64,000 bases of DNA, from NCBI RefSeq assembly GCF_009914755.1, contig NC_060938.1. The stretch is one strand, 5' to 3'. Below the pieces are notes generated by a model that ran no database searches, was not told where the DNA came from, and saw nothing but the letters and a program-made list of their open reading frames with translations. Below, in pieces: positions 1 through 12,985 of this stretch. Made by a program: the position numbers and the translations under genes. The DNA is from the human T2T-CHM13v2.0 reference genome, Homo sapiens. How positions within the stretch are numbered: position 1 is the stretch's first letter; each line of letters opens with the position of its first letter.

Positions 1-136
1 AGTGTGGTCTTCACATTAGCAGCATTGACATCACCTGGGGCTTGTGAGAAATGCATAATCTCAGGCAGACCCCAAACTTACTCAATCTTAGGATTCCCAG
101 GTGACTTGTATACACATTAGCAGTTGAGGATCACTG
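1..136. mobile_element. MER5-like hAT-Charlie DNA transposon fragment
   Basis: Contains agcagcattgacatcacctgggg..gaaatgca..caggtgacttgtatacacatt..gttgaggatcactg, which resembles the MER5A consensus. Confidence 0.7.
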
Positions 137-394
137 ATTTTCCAATCCATTGCGGCAGCAGAAGTCTTCAGATTGTGAATTTCAACAGTATTAATGGAGC
201 AATTGAAATAGCAGCCACCCAAAAAGTGGCTTGCTGTTGTACTGATCAGATCTTCCAGTGACTTCTCTCCTTGAAAGGATTTGAAAGCAGAACTAGTTCC
301 TTTGGATTGAGCAAATCCTAGGATTCGATGGAATAATTTGGGGGCAGAAAAGGGGAAAACCCCAAGGACTTCTTAGTAATCATAAATTCTTTTA

Positions 395-797
395 CAGGCT
401 AGGACTAGTGTCTTACTCATCATGAGCACAAAATTTAGGGGGGGCATCAAAAGCCTCAGTAATCAAGATACATCATGTTTTAGTGAAATGTTTTTAAAAT
501 TTAAAAACCTATGCAAAAATATCCAGGATGAACAAAATATCAAAATTTTATATAAAAACTGGATCAGCATGACAGATTTTTCCTATTGTTTCAGACTTCA
601 GTATGGCTTGGAATAGCACTGTTACTAATCCTGTATTTAAAATTTGGATACTTTATTCATAATAAATTTGTTTGTATTAATTTATTAGATATTGCATTGA
701 AATAGTATGTATCTTAATTACTGAGCTATTTGGTACATGCCTCCTTAAATTTTACGCCCAAGGTGAGTGCCTCATCCTCTCATCCTAGTCCTGGATC
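395..797. mobile_element. MER96-like non-autonomous hAT element
   Basis: Imperfect terminal inverted repeats (caggctaggactag ... ctagtcctgg) and internal gcacaaaatttagg / ttaaattttacgcc arms. Confidence 0.55.
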
Positions 798-947
798 TCC
801 TCTCTCACCAGTGTGTACAAGACACTAATGCACACAATCATGTGCTGTACTTTAACTTGACCCAGATTTATAGACAGATAAGATTCTCCCAGGCATTTCC
901 AGCTCACTTAACTAAGTTCACTTTTCTTTGACTTTGGATTGAGACAA

Positions 948-1185
948 AGCACAGTATAGTAGCTAATTCAGGCTCTGGAAGCTGATTGTCTTGATTCCAG
1001 GTATGGCTCTACTACTTAGAGAGGGTGACCTTGGGCAAGGTATTTAACCTCTCCAGGTCACTGTTTGCTCACCTATAAAATAAGTAAAATAACAATACCT
1101 CAGAGAATTGGTGTGAAGTAACATACAAAGTGTTTATTACAGTTCCTGACATATATTAATCATAAAGTATTATCTCTATTATAAT
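948..1185 (+). mobile_element. MIR SINE
   Basis: MIR core gtgaccttgggcaaggtatttaacctctc...cacctataaaat. Confidence 0.8.
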
Positions 1186-1192
1186 TACTGTT

Positions 1193-1587
1193 TAATATGG
1201 TTTGGCTCTGTGTCCCCACCCAAATCTCATGTCGAATTATAATCCCCAGTGTTGGAGGAGGGGCCTGGTTGGAGGTGATTGGATCAGGGGAATGGCTTAT
1301 AATGGTTTAGCATAATCTTCCTAGTGCTGTCTTATGATAGAGTTCTCCTGAGATCTGCTTGTTTAAAAGTGTGTAGCATCTCCTTCCTCTTTCTCTTTCT
1401 CTCCTGCTGGCCATGTGAAGATATACCTGTTTCCCTTCACCTGCCACCATGATTGTAAGTTTTCTGAAGCCTCCCCGGAAGCAGAAGCCTGTACAACCTG
1501 CAGAAACATGAGCTGATTACACTTTTTTTAAATGAATTACTCAGTCTCAGGCATGTCTTTGCAGCAGTGTGAGAATGGACTAATATA
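1193..1587 (+). mobile_element. MST-type MaLR solo LTR
   Basis: Starts atatggtttggctctgtgtccccacccaaatctc and ends gcagtgtgagaatggactaatata; flanked by the 5-bp direct repeat ctgtt. Confidence 0.85.
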
Positions 1588-1691
1588 CTGTTTTTGTTAT
1601 TATCCTGGATCCTGATGAGATTTTGCCTTGCAACTCTTTCAGTCACTGACAAAGTTAACTACTGTGTGTTTGATCTCAGTTTCCTCTTTAG

Positions 1692-1957
<266 letters not shown>

Positions 1958-2124
1958 AGTTTCCATCTTGAAACTATGATTAAAATAACCTATGCCTTAA
2001 CTTTCTTAGATGCTTCCCAATGGCACATCTTTCTTGGCAAAAAAAGTGAAGAAAGTTTTGCATACTAACAACAATTAACTATTAATACTCTGGAAGCTTC
2101 TGCTAGTTTTTTTCAGAGTCTGTC

Positions 2125-2355
2125 TTTTTTAAATTAAAAAACTTTTTAGTATTGAAATATTCAAAATACACATAAAAGTAAGGAGAATAATGTAATGAAT
2201 CCCCCTTGGACCTATCACCCAGCTTCCAGATTAAGATTATCAATACCTTAATCTTGGTTCATCTCTCTTTCCCTCCACTCACACATAGTTATTTTCTAGA
2301 GTAGTGAAAAAATTCCAGACATCATCTCATTTCACCCATAAATACTTCAATATCT
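2125..2355 (-). mobile_element. Old L1 (L1MC-like) 3' end fragment
   Basis: Resembles the antisense L1MC 3' UTR (ccagacatcatctcatttcacccataaatacttca). Confidence 0.55.
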
Positions 2356-2859
2356 GAAAGCTTTTTGAACCTAAATTCCTCAAAAAAAAAAAGTTTAGAT
2401 GAAAACTATTACATAATCCTAGTGATACACAATGTAACTGATTTTACTATTCTAATGTGGTATCTGTGCACTTTCTTTGACACACAGTGGAGGTGGGGTA
2501 GAAAGAAAAACTGGATTCTTTTTCCCGTAGTACAGCAAATAGGAAATGTCAAGAGTGGGTCATAAAACGGGACCCAAGTCAGAGATGACTTGGATCAGGT
2601 GCCAGTGACAATGGGTCTTTACATGATATTTTGTAGTCTCCTTATTGGAACACCTTACCAGAACAAATGGATCTCATTTTAATGAATATATCATTTGTCA
2701 CCATAATCAACAATGCCTGCTGGCATGTGGGAAGGGTACGTAATGAAATTTAGAGTTCTGCATACAAAGATGGTAATACAGGATAGATGAAATATTTCTT
2801 TATACAAGTACAAAGGGAGAGACACACAGACGCTTCCAACCAAAACAATCAATTAAAAA

Positions 2860-3355
2860 AATAAGCCATCAAGCCACAAAAAGAGAAGAGCCTTAAATGT
2901 ACATTGCTAAATAAAAGAAGCCAATTTAAAAAGGCTACATACTATATGATTCCAACTATATGACATTCTGGAAAAGGCAAAACTATAGAGATAGAAAAAA
3001 TCAGTGGTTGCCAGAGGTTCTGGACAAGGAAGAAGATGACTGGGTGGAGCACAGGAGAATTTTAGAGCAGTGAAACTATTCTGTATGATATTGCAGTGTT
3101 AGATACATAATGTTAGGCCCTTGTCAAAACCCATAGAGATGTACAACATGAAGAGTGAGCCTTCATGTAAACTATGGAATCTAATTGATCATAATGTATC
3201 AATTAGTTATTAAAATCTTGCATTAGCGTGGGTGAGGGCTGCATTAGTTGAGGGTGGGGCAGGGGGAGGACGAGTATATGGGAATGCTGTCTTTTAAACT
3301 CCTTTTTCTGTAAACCTAAAACTGCTCTAAAACAGAGTCTATTGACTTTTTAAAA
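2860..3355 (+). mobile_element. L1MC-type 3' UTR
   Basis: Contains aaaggctacatactatatgattccaactatatgacattctggaaaaggcaaaactatagag...tgtaaacctaaaactgctctaaaa. Confidence 0.8.
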
Positions 3356-3819
3356 ACTGAATTGGTATTTCTAAGTTTGGTCTAAGAAAAAAATGATTAG
3401 GATTCCAGAGAAAATGGAATTTTCTTTAAGATAGAAATTTTCTTTATTTTAAGATAGAAATCTGGTTTCATTATTTTTGCCAAGATCAGAAGAAACTTTG
3501 CTTCTTGTCTCCCATAAATATTAGTTTTATGTATTTGTCATGTACTCTATATATTTGAGTTTTATGTATTTGTCATGCTGACTTTTTTCTGACTCTTCTT
3601 TTTGCACTATTATAAACTAAGACTTTTCTTTTAACTTCCATAATATGTTTCAAGATGTAATTCATTAGTATAAAAGGATTATGGGTGGAATTTTTTGTTT
3701 GTTTTAGAATGGACTTTAAAAGAGCTTCATCCTTAAACTAATAGACCTTTCCAGGCTGCAGAGGCATCCAGATGTCTTCACTTGAACAACCATCTTTAGA
3801 TGCTCCACCTGAATTCTTA

Positions 3820-4380
3820 TTCCAAACCACTAGTCTTTACCTTAGAGTATTGCAGTTGCCTCCTGACTGGTTTTCCTGTTTGGCCCTGCTCCACACTTGC
3901 CACCTATTCTTACCAGAACAACCAGATGGGTTTCAGTAAAGTCAAATCATGCCATGACTCTACCAGAAATCCTGGAAGGAGTCCCATCTAGTCTGCCTCA
4001 GCCACACTAGCATTTTTGCTGTCCCTTGACTTTGACTTTGCTGGTTCCTCTACCTGGAGTGCTCTTCTCCCAAATATACCTCTGGTGTGCTCCCTCACTT
4101 GCTTCAAGTGTTTCCTTAAATGTCACTTGTTCATTTTGTCCTAGATTAACTACTGTATTTCAAATGTTTGCCTTCTTTTCCATTTTTGATCTGTCGCACT
4201 TATCTTCTATACAATTTTGTTTATTCATTTATCTATTGTGTTTATTCTCTGTCTCTTTTCCCTAAACCATAAACCATGTGGGCAGGGATTTTGTCTGCTT
4301 TGTTTACTGCTGTATTCTCAACACTTAAAATCGACCTGGAATGTAGTAGATGCTCAATAAATGTTTATTGAACAAATAGA
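3820..4380 (+). mobile_element. L2 3' end
   Basis: Ends in the L2 tail gtagatgctcaataaatgtttattgaa. Confidence 0.75.
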
Positions 4381-4429
4381 ATAAAAAAGGATGCCCTCTA
4401 AGAGCAAACTTCTTCTTGAGGTTTCTATA

Positions 4430-4920
4430 GCAACACCCATAATAAATCTGGGACACTTTCTGGAGCAATTTACTTTCACATGGTCTTCATAGACATGGAC
4501 CTATTTTTAATCCCACTTTCTAATGGAAATGGCTCTAAATATGTACTGCACAGCTGTAGAATGTAAGGAATGTCAGATATGGCCTCTGATTCTCTTGAAT
4601 AATTTTTGAGGACTCATAGGATAGATGTCATAATTATGTAAATAATAATTTTACTCCAAGAGCAATTGTTAAATTTAACACTCTTTCCACATTTTTATTT
4701 GTGGTAATGGTGTCCAACTTTCTTGAAGTGGTATTTCCAGATTCATATACTTGTTGCATGTTTTCCATAACAGCTTTATGGTTCAGTGTCTCCCAAAGTA
4801 ATAGATTAAAAGGTATCTATTTATTACATTTTTAAAATCAAAGAATGATTGTGCATCTGCAATGTTATTTAATAGACAAGTAGAGAAGAGCTTTAACCAT
4901 GCAACTGGTTCACATAGTAA
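4430..4920 (+). mobile_element. Possible very ancient LINE reverse-transcriptase remnant
   Basis: Degenerate matches to RT motifs: tatggcctctgattctcttgaat (like YRPISLLN, ~4578) and gtagagaagagctttaac (like EKAFD, ~4880). The frames are broken. Confidence 0.3.
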
Positions 4921-5149
4921 CTACCTCCATCAATTGAGTTTATACTGACATCTGGAGGCCAAGCCTTGGCACTACATAAAGGCTATTACCCATTTCAGAG
5001 CCCATCAGAGTAATTAGTGCCTCTAAACTTCTTTAAATAAAAATCTGAAACATCTAAAAATATCAAAAAGTAGTTAAAAAAAGAGGTTTGAACTTTCTGT
5101 CTTCTACATATAGCTCTGTTTCTGAAAATTTGAGTATGAATTTGGGATA

Positions 5150-5395
5150 AGAATAACAGTGATGATGAGGAACATCTGAGTGCCCAGTAGATGCCAGGCA
5201 GCACAGGAGTGCTCTCATTGTGGCAACCCATTCAATCTTCAGACCACCCTATGAGATAAGAACTATTGTTATCTCCATTTTACAGTTGAAATCAAGGCTC
5301 AGAGGGATTAGTAATTTCTTAGTGTCACTTAACTAGTCTTGGTGCTGCAGAACTTGAACCCAAATTCATGTGACCAAATCCCCAGGTCCAGCACT
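5150..5395 (-). mobile_element. MIR SINE
   Basis: Antisense core atctccattttacagttgaaatcaaggctcagag. Confidence 0.75.
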
Positions 5396-5484
5396 CTTGG
5401 AGATGGACCAGTTTACACTGTTACAAAGATTCTTCAACAAGGATTGTGTTAAAAAGCATAGTTATCTTTAAAGTTGCAGTTATT

Positions 5485-5790
5485 GGCCAGGCACGGTGGC
5501 TCATGTCTGTAATCGCAGCACTTTGGGAGGCCAAGGTGGGCAAATTGCTTGAGCCCAGGAGATCGAGACCAGCCTAGGCAACATGGTGAAACCCTATCTC
5601 TACCAAAAAACACAAAAATTAGCCAGGCATGGTGGTGCGTGCCTGTGGTCCCAGTTACTTGGGAGGCTGAGGTAGGGGGATCACTTGAGTCCAGGAGGCG
5701 GAGGTTGCAGTGAGCCAAGATCCACCAGGCACTCCAACCTGGATGACAGAGTGAGGCCCTGTCTCAAAATAAATAAAATGAAAATAAAAT
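5485..5790 (+). mobile_element. AluJ
   Basis: Full dimer with J-type ttgagcccagg and an A-rich tail. Confidence 0.93.
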
Positions 5791-7458
5791 AGCAATTATG
5801 TTGCACTATATTTTTGTCAAAGGACATTCCTATGAAGAATAAGCATTCTGGGTCATTCCTACAAGGAGCCAAGGTATATAACTTCCTAAGTCATAAACAC
5901 TCAAAATAGACCATCAAAAATGTTACCTAGAAAGGAGGCTTAGTGGAAAGGGGCAGGAGTGTCTCAGAAACCATCATTTCCCAAAACGAAGTCTAAGGTC
6001 TACTTTTTTGATACCTAATATTTGTACATATTAATGGGGTATGTGTGAAATTTTGTTACACTTCTAGAACATGTAAGACGGATATTTAGGATATCCACTG
6101 CCTCCAACATCTATTTTTGAAGTGCTTTCTTGGGCTAAAGGAGTTGGGACTACCTCTATACTAGTAGAGACCTGAAGGGCTATTTATCCAAGGCCCATAT
6201 TCGTGAAGGGGCTCAAGTAGATCTTCAAATGGGGTATACTGATGACATTGAAAGATGTCGTATAGTTTTAAGCTTATGTTCCATTAACTGTCTACCTCCA
6301 TTATGTGGAGCAATGACTTTTATGAATGTTATTATCTTTTAAATAGCATAGTTATATTGCACTATATTTTTTCTAAGTATTAATTTGTTAAGTGTATTCA
6401 TGCTATATTTCAACTATTATACGTCTATTTTGGCATTCAAAAAATTTTTAGTAAACTAAGAGCCTCCAAAGATGGAAGGGGCCTAGGTTTCTGTAGCCCT
6501 TTTAAATGCCCAAGTGGACAGCTCTGTACCTTCCACAAATGCGCTTGGAACATTTAGCCAAGAAAGTGTTAATCTGTGCTTTAAGGACTCTCTTCTCAAA
6601 CTCAGCCTTCTCTTCTAGGAAGTAGTTTCACTAAAGTATCGTCAGGCCTTTGTTAAGTCCAACCACTCAAAAGCTACATGTTACAGATAATATGTAAGAA
6701 ACTAGAAAAAGATACTTTGCTTTTGGAAGGTGGATGATTAAGTAATGAACTTCACCCAGAGCATTTTGGCTAGTGTAGTTCCTATACTTGGCTAAAGGGA
6801 CTTAGCTGACTTCAGTGTTTCTCGATGATTTAATACTCCTAATAATGAGGGCATGCTTATTGTAGAAAGGGAAAAATAATTTTTTATATTAGGGTGGTGA
6901 CAATAGACATCTCAAAAAAGGGAACGTTAATGTATTTTTCAATCAAAATTCATTGTAAGACTGGCAAATGTCAGTAGGCACAATGTTTTCTCTCCTCCTG
7001 TTCCTAGCCATATGCCCAGAGATCATAAATGATGAGGGTACTTCTTACACTTCGTCCCTCCAAGTTTTCCTTCATTACAAACTTGTCAACTCAATCTGTT
7101 GATGATAGCAGTCTGGCAAGAGCCAGTATCTGTCTACCAGCTTGGGAGAGAAAGAAAGATCTGTTAGGACTAAGATTGCCTGCTTCCATTATTGTACTAC
7201 AGGCAGTTCTGTAAACCAATTAAAGGTGTTCACTCTGAAGCACTTTTTGTCTCCTTTTTGGGGACAATATCATCAGCCGTTGTTATTATTACTATTTACA
7301 TGAGAACCAAGTGTAATAAGGTGGTAGTAAGCTGACAACCTTATGTCACCCTTGACTTCTTGCATTCCTTCGCAAAAGCCATCCAACCTCTCCCACCAAG
7401 TTTTTTACATATATATATTTAATATATATTATATATACATATAAAATTATTTGAGTGC

Positions 7459-8930
7459 TTTTTTTTTTTATTGATCATTCTTGGGTGTTTCTCGCAGAGG
7501 GGGATTTGGCAGGGTCATAGGACAATAGTGGAGGGAAGGTCAGCAGATAAACAAGTGAACAAAGGTCTCTGGTTTTCCTAGGCAGAGGACCCTGCGGCCT
7601 TCCGCAGTGTTTGTGTCCCTGGGTACTTGAGATTAGGGAGTGGTGATGACTCTTAACGAGCATGCTGCCTTCAAGCATCTGTTTAGCAAAGCACCTCTTG
7701 CACCGCCCTTAATCCATTTAACCCTGAGTGGACACAGCACATGTTTCAGAGAGCACAGGGTTGGGGGTAAGGTCATAGATCAACAGGATCCCAAGGCAGA
7801 AGAATTTTTCTTAGTACAGAACAAAATGAAAAGTCTCCCATGTCTACTTCTTTCTACACAGACACGGCAACCATCCGATTTCTCAATCTTTTCCCCACCT
7901 TTCCCCCGTTTCTATTCCACAAAATCGCCATTGTCATCATGGCCCGTTCTCAGTGAGCTGTTGGGTACACCTCCCAGACGGGGTGGTGGCCGGGCAGAGG
8001 CACCCCTCACCTCCCGGACGGGGCGGCTGGCCGGGCGGGGAGCTGACCCCCCCGCCTCCCTCCCAGACGGGGTGGCTGCCGGGCGGAGACGCTCCTCACT
8101 TCCCAGACGGGGTGGCTGCCGGGCAGAGGGGCTCCTCACTTCTCAGACGGGGCGGTTGCCGGGCAGAGGCACTCCTCACATCCCAGACGGGGCGGCGGGG
8201 CAGAGGTGCTCCCCACATCTCAGACGATGGGCGGCCGGTCAGAGATGCTCCTCACTTCCTAGATGGGATGGCGGCCGGGAAGAGGCGCTCCTCACTTCCT
8301 AGATGGGATGGCGGCCGGGCAGAGACGCTCCTCACTTTCCAGACTGGGCAGCCAGGCAGAGGGGCTCCTCACATCCCAGATGATGGGCGGCCAGGCAGAG
8401 ATGCTCCTCACTTCCCAGACGGGGTGGCGGCCGGGCAGAGGCTGCAATCTCGGCACTTTGGGAGGCCAAGGCAGGCGGCTGGGAGGTGGAGGTTGTAGCG
8501 AGCTGAGATCACGCCACTGCACTCCAGCCTGGGCACCATTGAGCACTGAGTGAACGAGACTCTGTCTGCAATCCCGGCACCTCGGGAGGCCGAGGCTGGC
8601 GGATCACTCGCGGTTAGGAGCTGGAGACCAGCCCGGCCAACACAGCGAAACCCCGTCTCCACCAAAAAAATACAAAAACCAGTCAGGCGTGGTGGAGCGT
8701 GCCTGCAATCGCAGACACTCGGCAGGCTGAGGCAGGAGAATCAGGCAGGGAGGTTGCAGTGAGCCGAGATGGCAGCAGTACAGTCCAGCTTCGGCTCGGC
8801 ATCAGAGGAAGACCGTGGAAAGAGAGGGAGACCGTGGGGAGAGGCAGAGGCAGAGGCAGAGGCAGGGGCAGGGGCAGGGGCAGGGGGCAGGGGCAGGGGC
8901 AGGGGGCAGGGGCAGGGGCAGAGGCAGAGC
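7459..8930 (-). mobile_element. SVA retrotransposon (~1.47 kb, all domains present, short VNTR)
   Basis: Poly-T at 7459, SINE-R region (7475-7960), GC-rich VNTR (cccagacggggtggctgccgggcagag units, ~7970-8440), Alu-like region (8440-8810) and hexamer head (8840-8930). TSD TTGAGTGCTTTT at 7451-7462 and 8931-8942. Confidence 0.97.
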
Positions 8931-8932
8931 TT

Positions 8933-9025
8933 GAGTGCTTTTATGAAGAATAAAAATGAATGACTGGGCGGCCAACTTAGGTAGATACATAAAAGTTGGC
9001 CACTTTATTCTTCATAAAAGCACTC
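8933..9025. repeat. Perfect 22-bp inverted repeat with a 9-bp inner stem
   Basis: gagtgcttttatgaagaataaa (8933-8954) pairs with tttattcttcataaaagcactc (9004-9025); ggccaactt (8970-8978) pairs with aagttggcc (8993-9001). Confidence 0.95.
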
Positions 9026-9189
9026 GAATCATTATAAGATCTCCATTCACACTGTCACTGGCATATCAAGGTGCTTATTTTTCACCTAGATAATTGTAAT
9101 TGTCTTCCTGTCTCCAAAACACAACCCTCAAATGTTCCTTGCACACTACAGTTAGAGTGAACTGGCTAAAGGTGACCTCTCTTATGTTA

Positions 9190-9850
9190 AATAGACCTAA
9201 GCTTGAACTATAGTCCTGTTACTAACTGGGCAACCTTGGACAACTTACTAACCCTCAATTTCCACATCAGTAAAATGAGGACGATAATCATACTTAGCAC
9301 ATGAAGTATGATTGCAATGAATGAAAATATATCAGAATCACAATAGGAAATCACACATTCAAATGGGTAATTGAGGGTCATTTAATAAAGGGACTATTTA
9401 CAAACTGGAAAGAGAGTAGTCATAAGAGATGGTGAAGTACCCCAATGTTGGAAAAATAAAAGTCATTACCACCTTAGGCCTAAAAAGGCAAAGAAGAGAA
9501 TAGATAACTGAACCCAGAGAAAGTTTAAGTTGTAGTTGTAGGAGAGGACACTGACAAATGCTTCAACAGAAGAAAGCAACTGTCCTTTGATGACCCAGTA
9601 GAGGTCAGCTTTGATGACCTCAGCTTTAGCTGAGGGATTAAATGCTCTAACATCCCTCTCTCCTCTTCATCTAATCTACTGCCAGTAATTCCCATTCATC
9701 AAATTAAAACAGAAGCAAAGGGCAAGGCTGCCTGTTGATGCAGCCACTAAGTTCGGTGTATGGGGCTCAGAGCAGAGTGCAGAATGGTGGAGAGTGGAAC
9801 TGGAAGGCCGACAGCCACTCCCTAGAACACAGTGCATGTAAGGCACTTAA
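9190..9850 (+). mobile_element. MIR interrupted by an old LTR-like insertion (~9330-9830)
   Basis: MIR core at 9225-9300, resuming as catgtaaaggcactta at ~9835. The intervening sequence resembles an ERVL/MaLR LTR. Confidence 0.5.
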
Positions 9851-9859
9851 TACTACTTC

Positions 9860-10766
9860 TTCAGGATGCAAAAATTCTTGGCTCTTGCACCAATAACACA
9901 GATAAAGGGGATAAAATAAAAACCCTAGTTGTCTGTAGAGCTATTGAGCAGTGGACACAAGGAAGCCATGATGGATGAATTCACAAGAAGAATGAGCCCT
10001 TCATAGGTCAGCAGAGCTCTGTGGCAACTCATTCCTGGGACAAACGCAGATGTGTCTGGCAGAGGACAGGGCCTGCCAGAGATGAAGAGGCTACAGGGAT
10101 GAAGAGAAAACAACTGAGCCCTTAACTTCAGCTGAGCTGGTGGGACTAATCTTAGGAGTCTAGCTCCAGGCCAAAGTTCTGTGTGTGGTCATTCAAGCCT
10201 GACCACAGGCAATTACAAGGCTTTGCCTGGCAGGCCTCATAAGGGGAAGCTGGCCTTCCACACCAGTCTTGGTGCACAGCCAGTGCATTGCAGTCTCTGG
10301 AGGGGGTTGCAGGAAAGGACTCAGGCGCCCCTGGGCCAACCATGCTCATTGACCTCTCTGCATGTCTAGCCTAGGCGCCTCCATTTGAAGACATCTTTAT
10401 GGGGGTCCTCAGCTGAGGCACATTTTGAGCAACTCTGCCAAGACCGCCGCACTGGGAGGCCTTGACTAAGACATGTTTCTCCACTCTGACTTAATACTTT
10501 TCCAGTCCTAGCCCTTACCCACTCTGTCTCCCCACAGCCTCCTGGATCCATAAAATGACAGGAACCTTTTGTTCACAGCTCCTTGGCAGTGAGACAATCC
10601 CCTTGCCTACACTGCTTTACCTCACCCAGTGCTGTTCTATGGGGGGAAATGAAACACTGAGGAGCCAGCACCTATACTGTCTCTTGCTTACTCTATCACA
10701 GAAAGTGAATAAAAAGTTTATCATTACTTTCAGTTTGTCTTTTTGTCCTGAGTAAACACCTCAACA
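9860..10766 (+). mobile_element. ERV solo LTR, family uncertain
   Basis: TATA-like ccataaaa at ~10548, AATAAA at ~10708 and a terminal ...caaca: an LTR-like U3/R/U5 layout. Confidence 0.55.
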
Positions 10767-10809
10767 CATGGGAGCTCAACAAAATGAGAATTTGGAAGAG
10801 GTACGAACG

Positions 10810-12980
10810 CAAAAATGAAAGTGAGAAAATTACAACAGGTGCCTCAGAAATACAAAAGATTATAAGAAACCCTCATGAAAAATTTTATGCCAACAAACAA
10901 GATAACCTAAAGGAAACAGATAAATTCCTGGAAAAATACAAACCACCAAGATTGTAAATTTGGTAGATTGTAAATAATGACCACGATTCTGCCAGGAAGA
11001 AATAGAAATCCTGAACAGACATATAACAAGCAAAAGATTGAAGAGGTATTCAAAAACCTTTCAAGAAATAAAAGCCCAGGACCAGATAGCTTCACGGCTA
11101 AATTCTACCAAACATCCAAATAATTAATACCGGTACTCCTAAAACTCTTCCAAAAAATAGAACTAGAGATAATACTTCCAAACACATCTTATAAGACCAG
11201 TATCACCTTGATACAAAAACCAAAGACATTTCAAGAAAAGAAAACAGGCTAATTTCTGTAATGAATATTGATGCAAAAGTGCTCAATAAAATATTAGCAA
11301 ACCTAATCCAGCAATACATCAAAAAGATTGTACATCATCATGAGCAAGTGGGATTTATCCCTGGCATGCAATCCTATTTTAACACATGCATATCAATCAG
11401 TGTAATACATCATTTTATCAGAATGTGAGATAAAAACCACGGGATCATCTTAATTGATGCAGAAAAAGCATTTGACAGAGTCCAACATCTTTTCTTGATA
11501 AAAACTCTCAACAGTTTAGGTATAGAAGGAAAGCTTCTCAACATAATAAAGGTCATCTATGAAAAACACACAGCTAACATTATAATCAATGGGGGAAAAC
11601 TGAAAGCATTTCCATAAGATCCAGTACAAAGCAAGGATGCTCACTCTTGCCACTTCTATTCAACATAGTTCTGGAAGTACTAGCAAGGGCAATCAGAAAA
11701 GAAAAAGAAATAAAGTGTATCTAAACGGAAAGAGAAGAAGTCAAATTATCTCTATTTGCAGATGAAGTATTTCTATATGTAAACAACCTTAATGATTCTT
11801 AAACAATCTTAAAGATTCCATAAAATACTGTTTAAACTAATAATTGAATTCAGTAAAGTTGCAGGATACAAAATCAATATAGAAAAATCAGTAGCATTTT
11901 AAAATATAATTACCTAACTGAAAAATAAATTTAAAAAAACAAATGCCATTTGCAACTGCATCAAGAAATACTTTAGGAGATGAAAAATCTGAAAACTATA
12001 AAACATTGATGAAAGAAATTGAAGATACAAATAAATGGAAAGATATCCTGCGTTCATAGAATAGAAAAATTAATACTGGGCCAGGCACTGTGGCTCATGC
12101 CTGTAATCCCAGCACTTTGGGAGGCCAAGGTGGGTGGATCACCAGGTCAGGATTTCAAGACCAGCCTGGCCAAGATGGTAAAAACCCGTCTCTACTAAAA
12201 ATACAAAAGTCTAACATCTTTTCTGGGTGTGGCAGCAGGTGCCTGTAATCCCAGCTACTCGGGAGGCTGAGGCAGGAGAATCACTTGAACCTGGGTGCCA
12301 GAGGTTGCAGTGTGCTGAGATCACAGCCTGGGCAACAGAGTGAGACTCTTTCTCAAAAGAAAAAGAAAAATTAATACTGTTAAAATTTCCATACTATTCC
12401 AAGCAATATACAGATTAAACACAATTCCTATTAAAATCCTGATCACATTCTTCACAGGAATAGAAAAAACTAATCCTAAAATTAACGTGGAAACATAAAA
12501 GACTCCAAATAGCTAAAATAATTCTGAAAAGAAAAAATAAATTTCGAGGCATCACATTTCCTGATTTAAAACTATAGTACAAAGCTATAGTAGTCAGAAC
12601 AGTATGGTACTGAGCTAAAAGCCATCACATAGACCAGTAGAACAGAATAGAGATCTCAGAAATAAATCCAACCATATATGGTAAACTAATTTTTGAAAAG
12701 GGCATCAAGAGGACACAACTGGGAAAGGATAGTCTCTTCAATAAATGGTACTGAGAAAATGGGATTTCCACATGCAGAAAAACAAAGAAACACTTCATCC
12801 ACAAAAATCAACTTATAATGGATAAAAGACTTAACTGTAAGACCAGAAACTACAAAGCCTCCAGAATAAAACATAGGGGAAAATCTCCTGGATATTGGCA
12901 ATTCAAGACCAGATATAAGACCAGAAACTATAAAACCTCCAGAATAAAACATAGGGGAAAATCTCCTGGACACTGGCAAT
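10810..12980 (+). mobile_element. L1M (L1MB-like) ORF2 fragment, 3' truncated
   Basis: RT-region motifs (aaaagcccaggaccagatagcttcac; gatgcagaaaaagcatttgac). Ends abruptly at ...ggcaat with no 3' UTR or poly-A. Confidence 0.9.
12079..12363 (+). mobile_element. AluS inserted in L1
   Basis: Alu consensus; TSD agaaaaattaatactg on both sides. Confidence 0.92.
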
Positions 12981-12985
12981 TCAAG
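12838..12985. repeat. 78-bp-period tandem duplication at the L1/pseudo-exon junction
   Basis: taagaccagaaacta..ggcaattcaag occurs at 12838-12907 and again at 12916-12985. Confidence 0.9.

Noticed and set aside
3420-3580. Short direct repeats (tttaagatagaaat x2; agttttatgtatttgtcatg x2)
   Set aside because: Ordinary two-copy slippage duplications; not a CRISPR-like or otherwise ordered array.
7640-8990. Cluster of long GC-rich ORFs (up to 220 aa)
   Set aside because: They lie essentially within the SVA (SINE-R, VNTR, hexamer); stop-poor repeat sequence.
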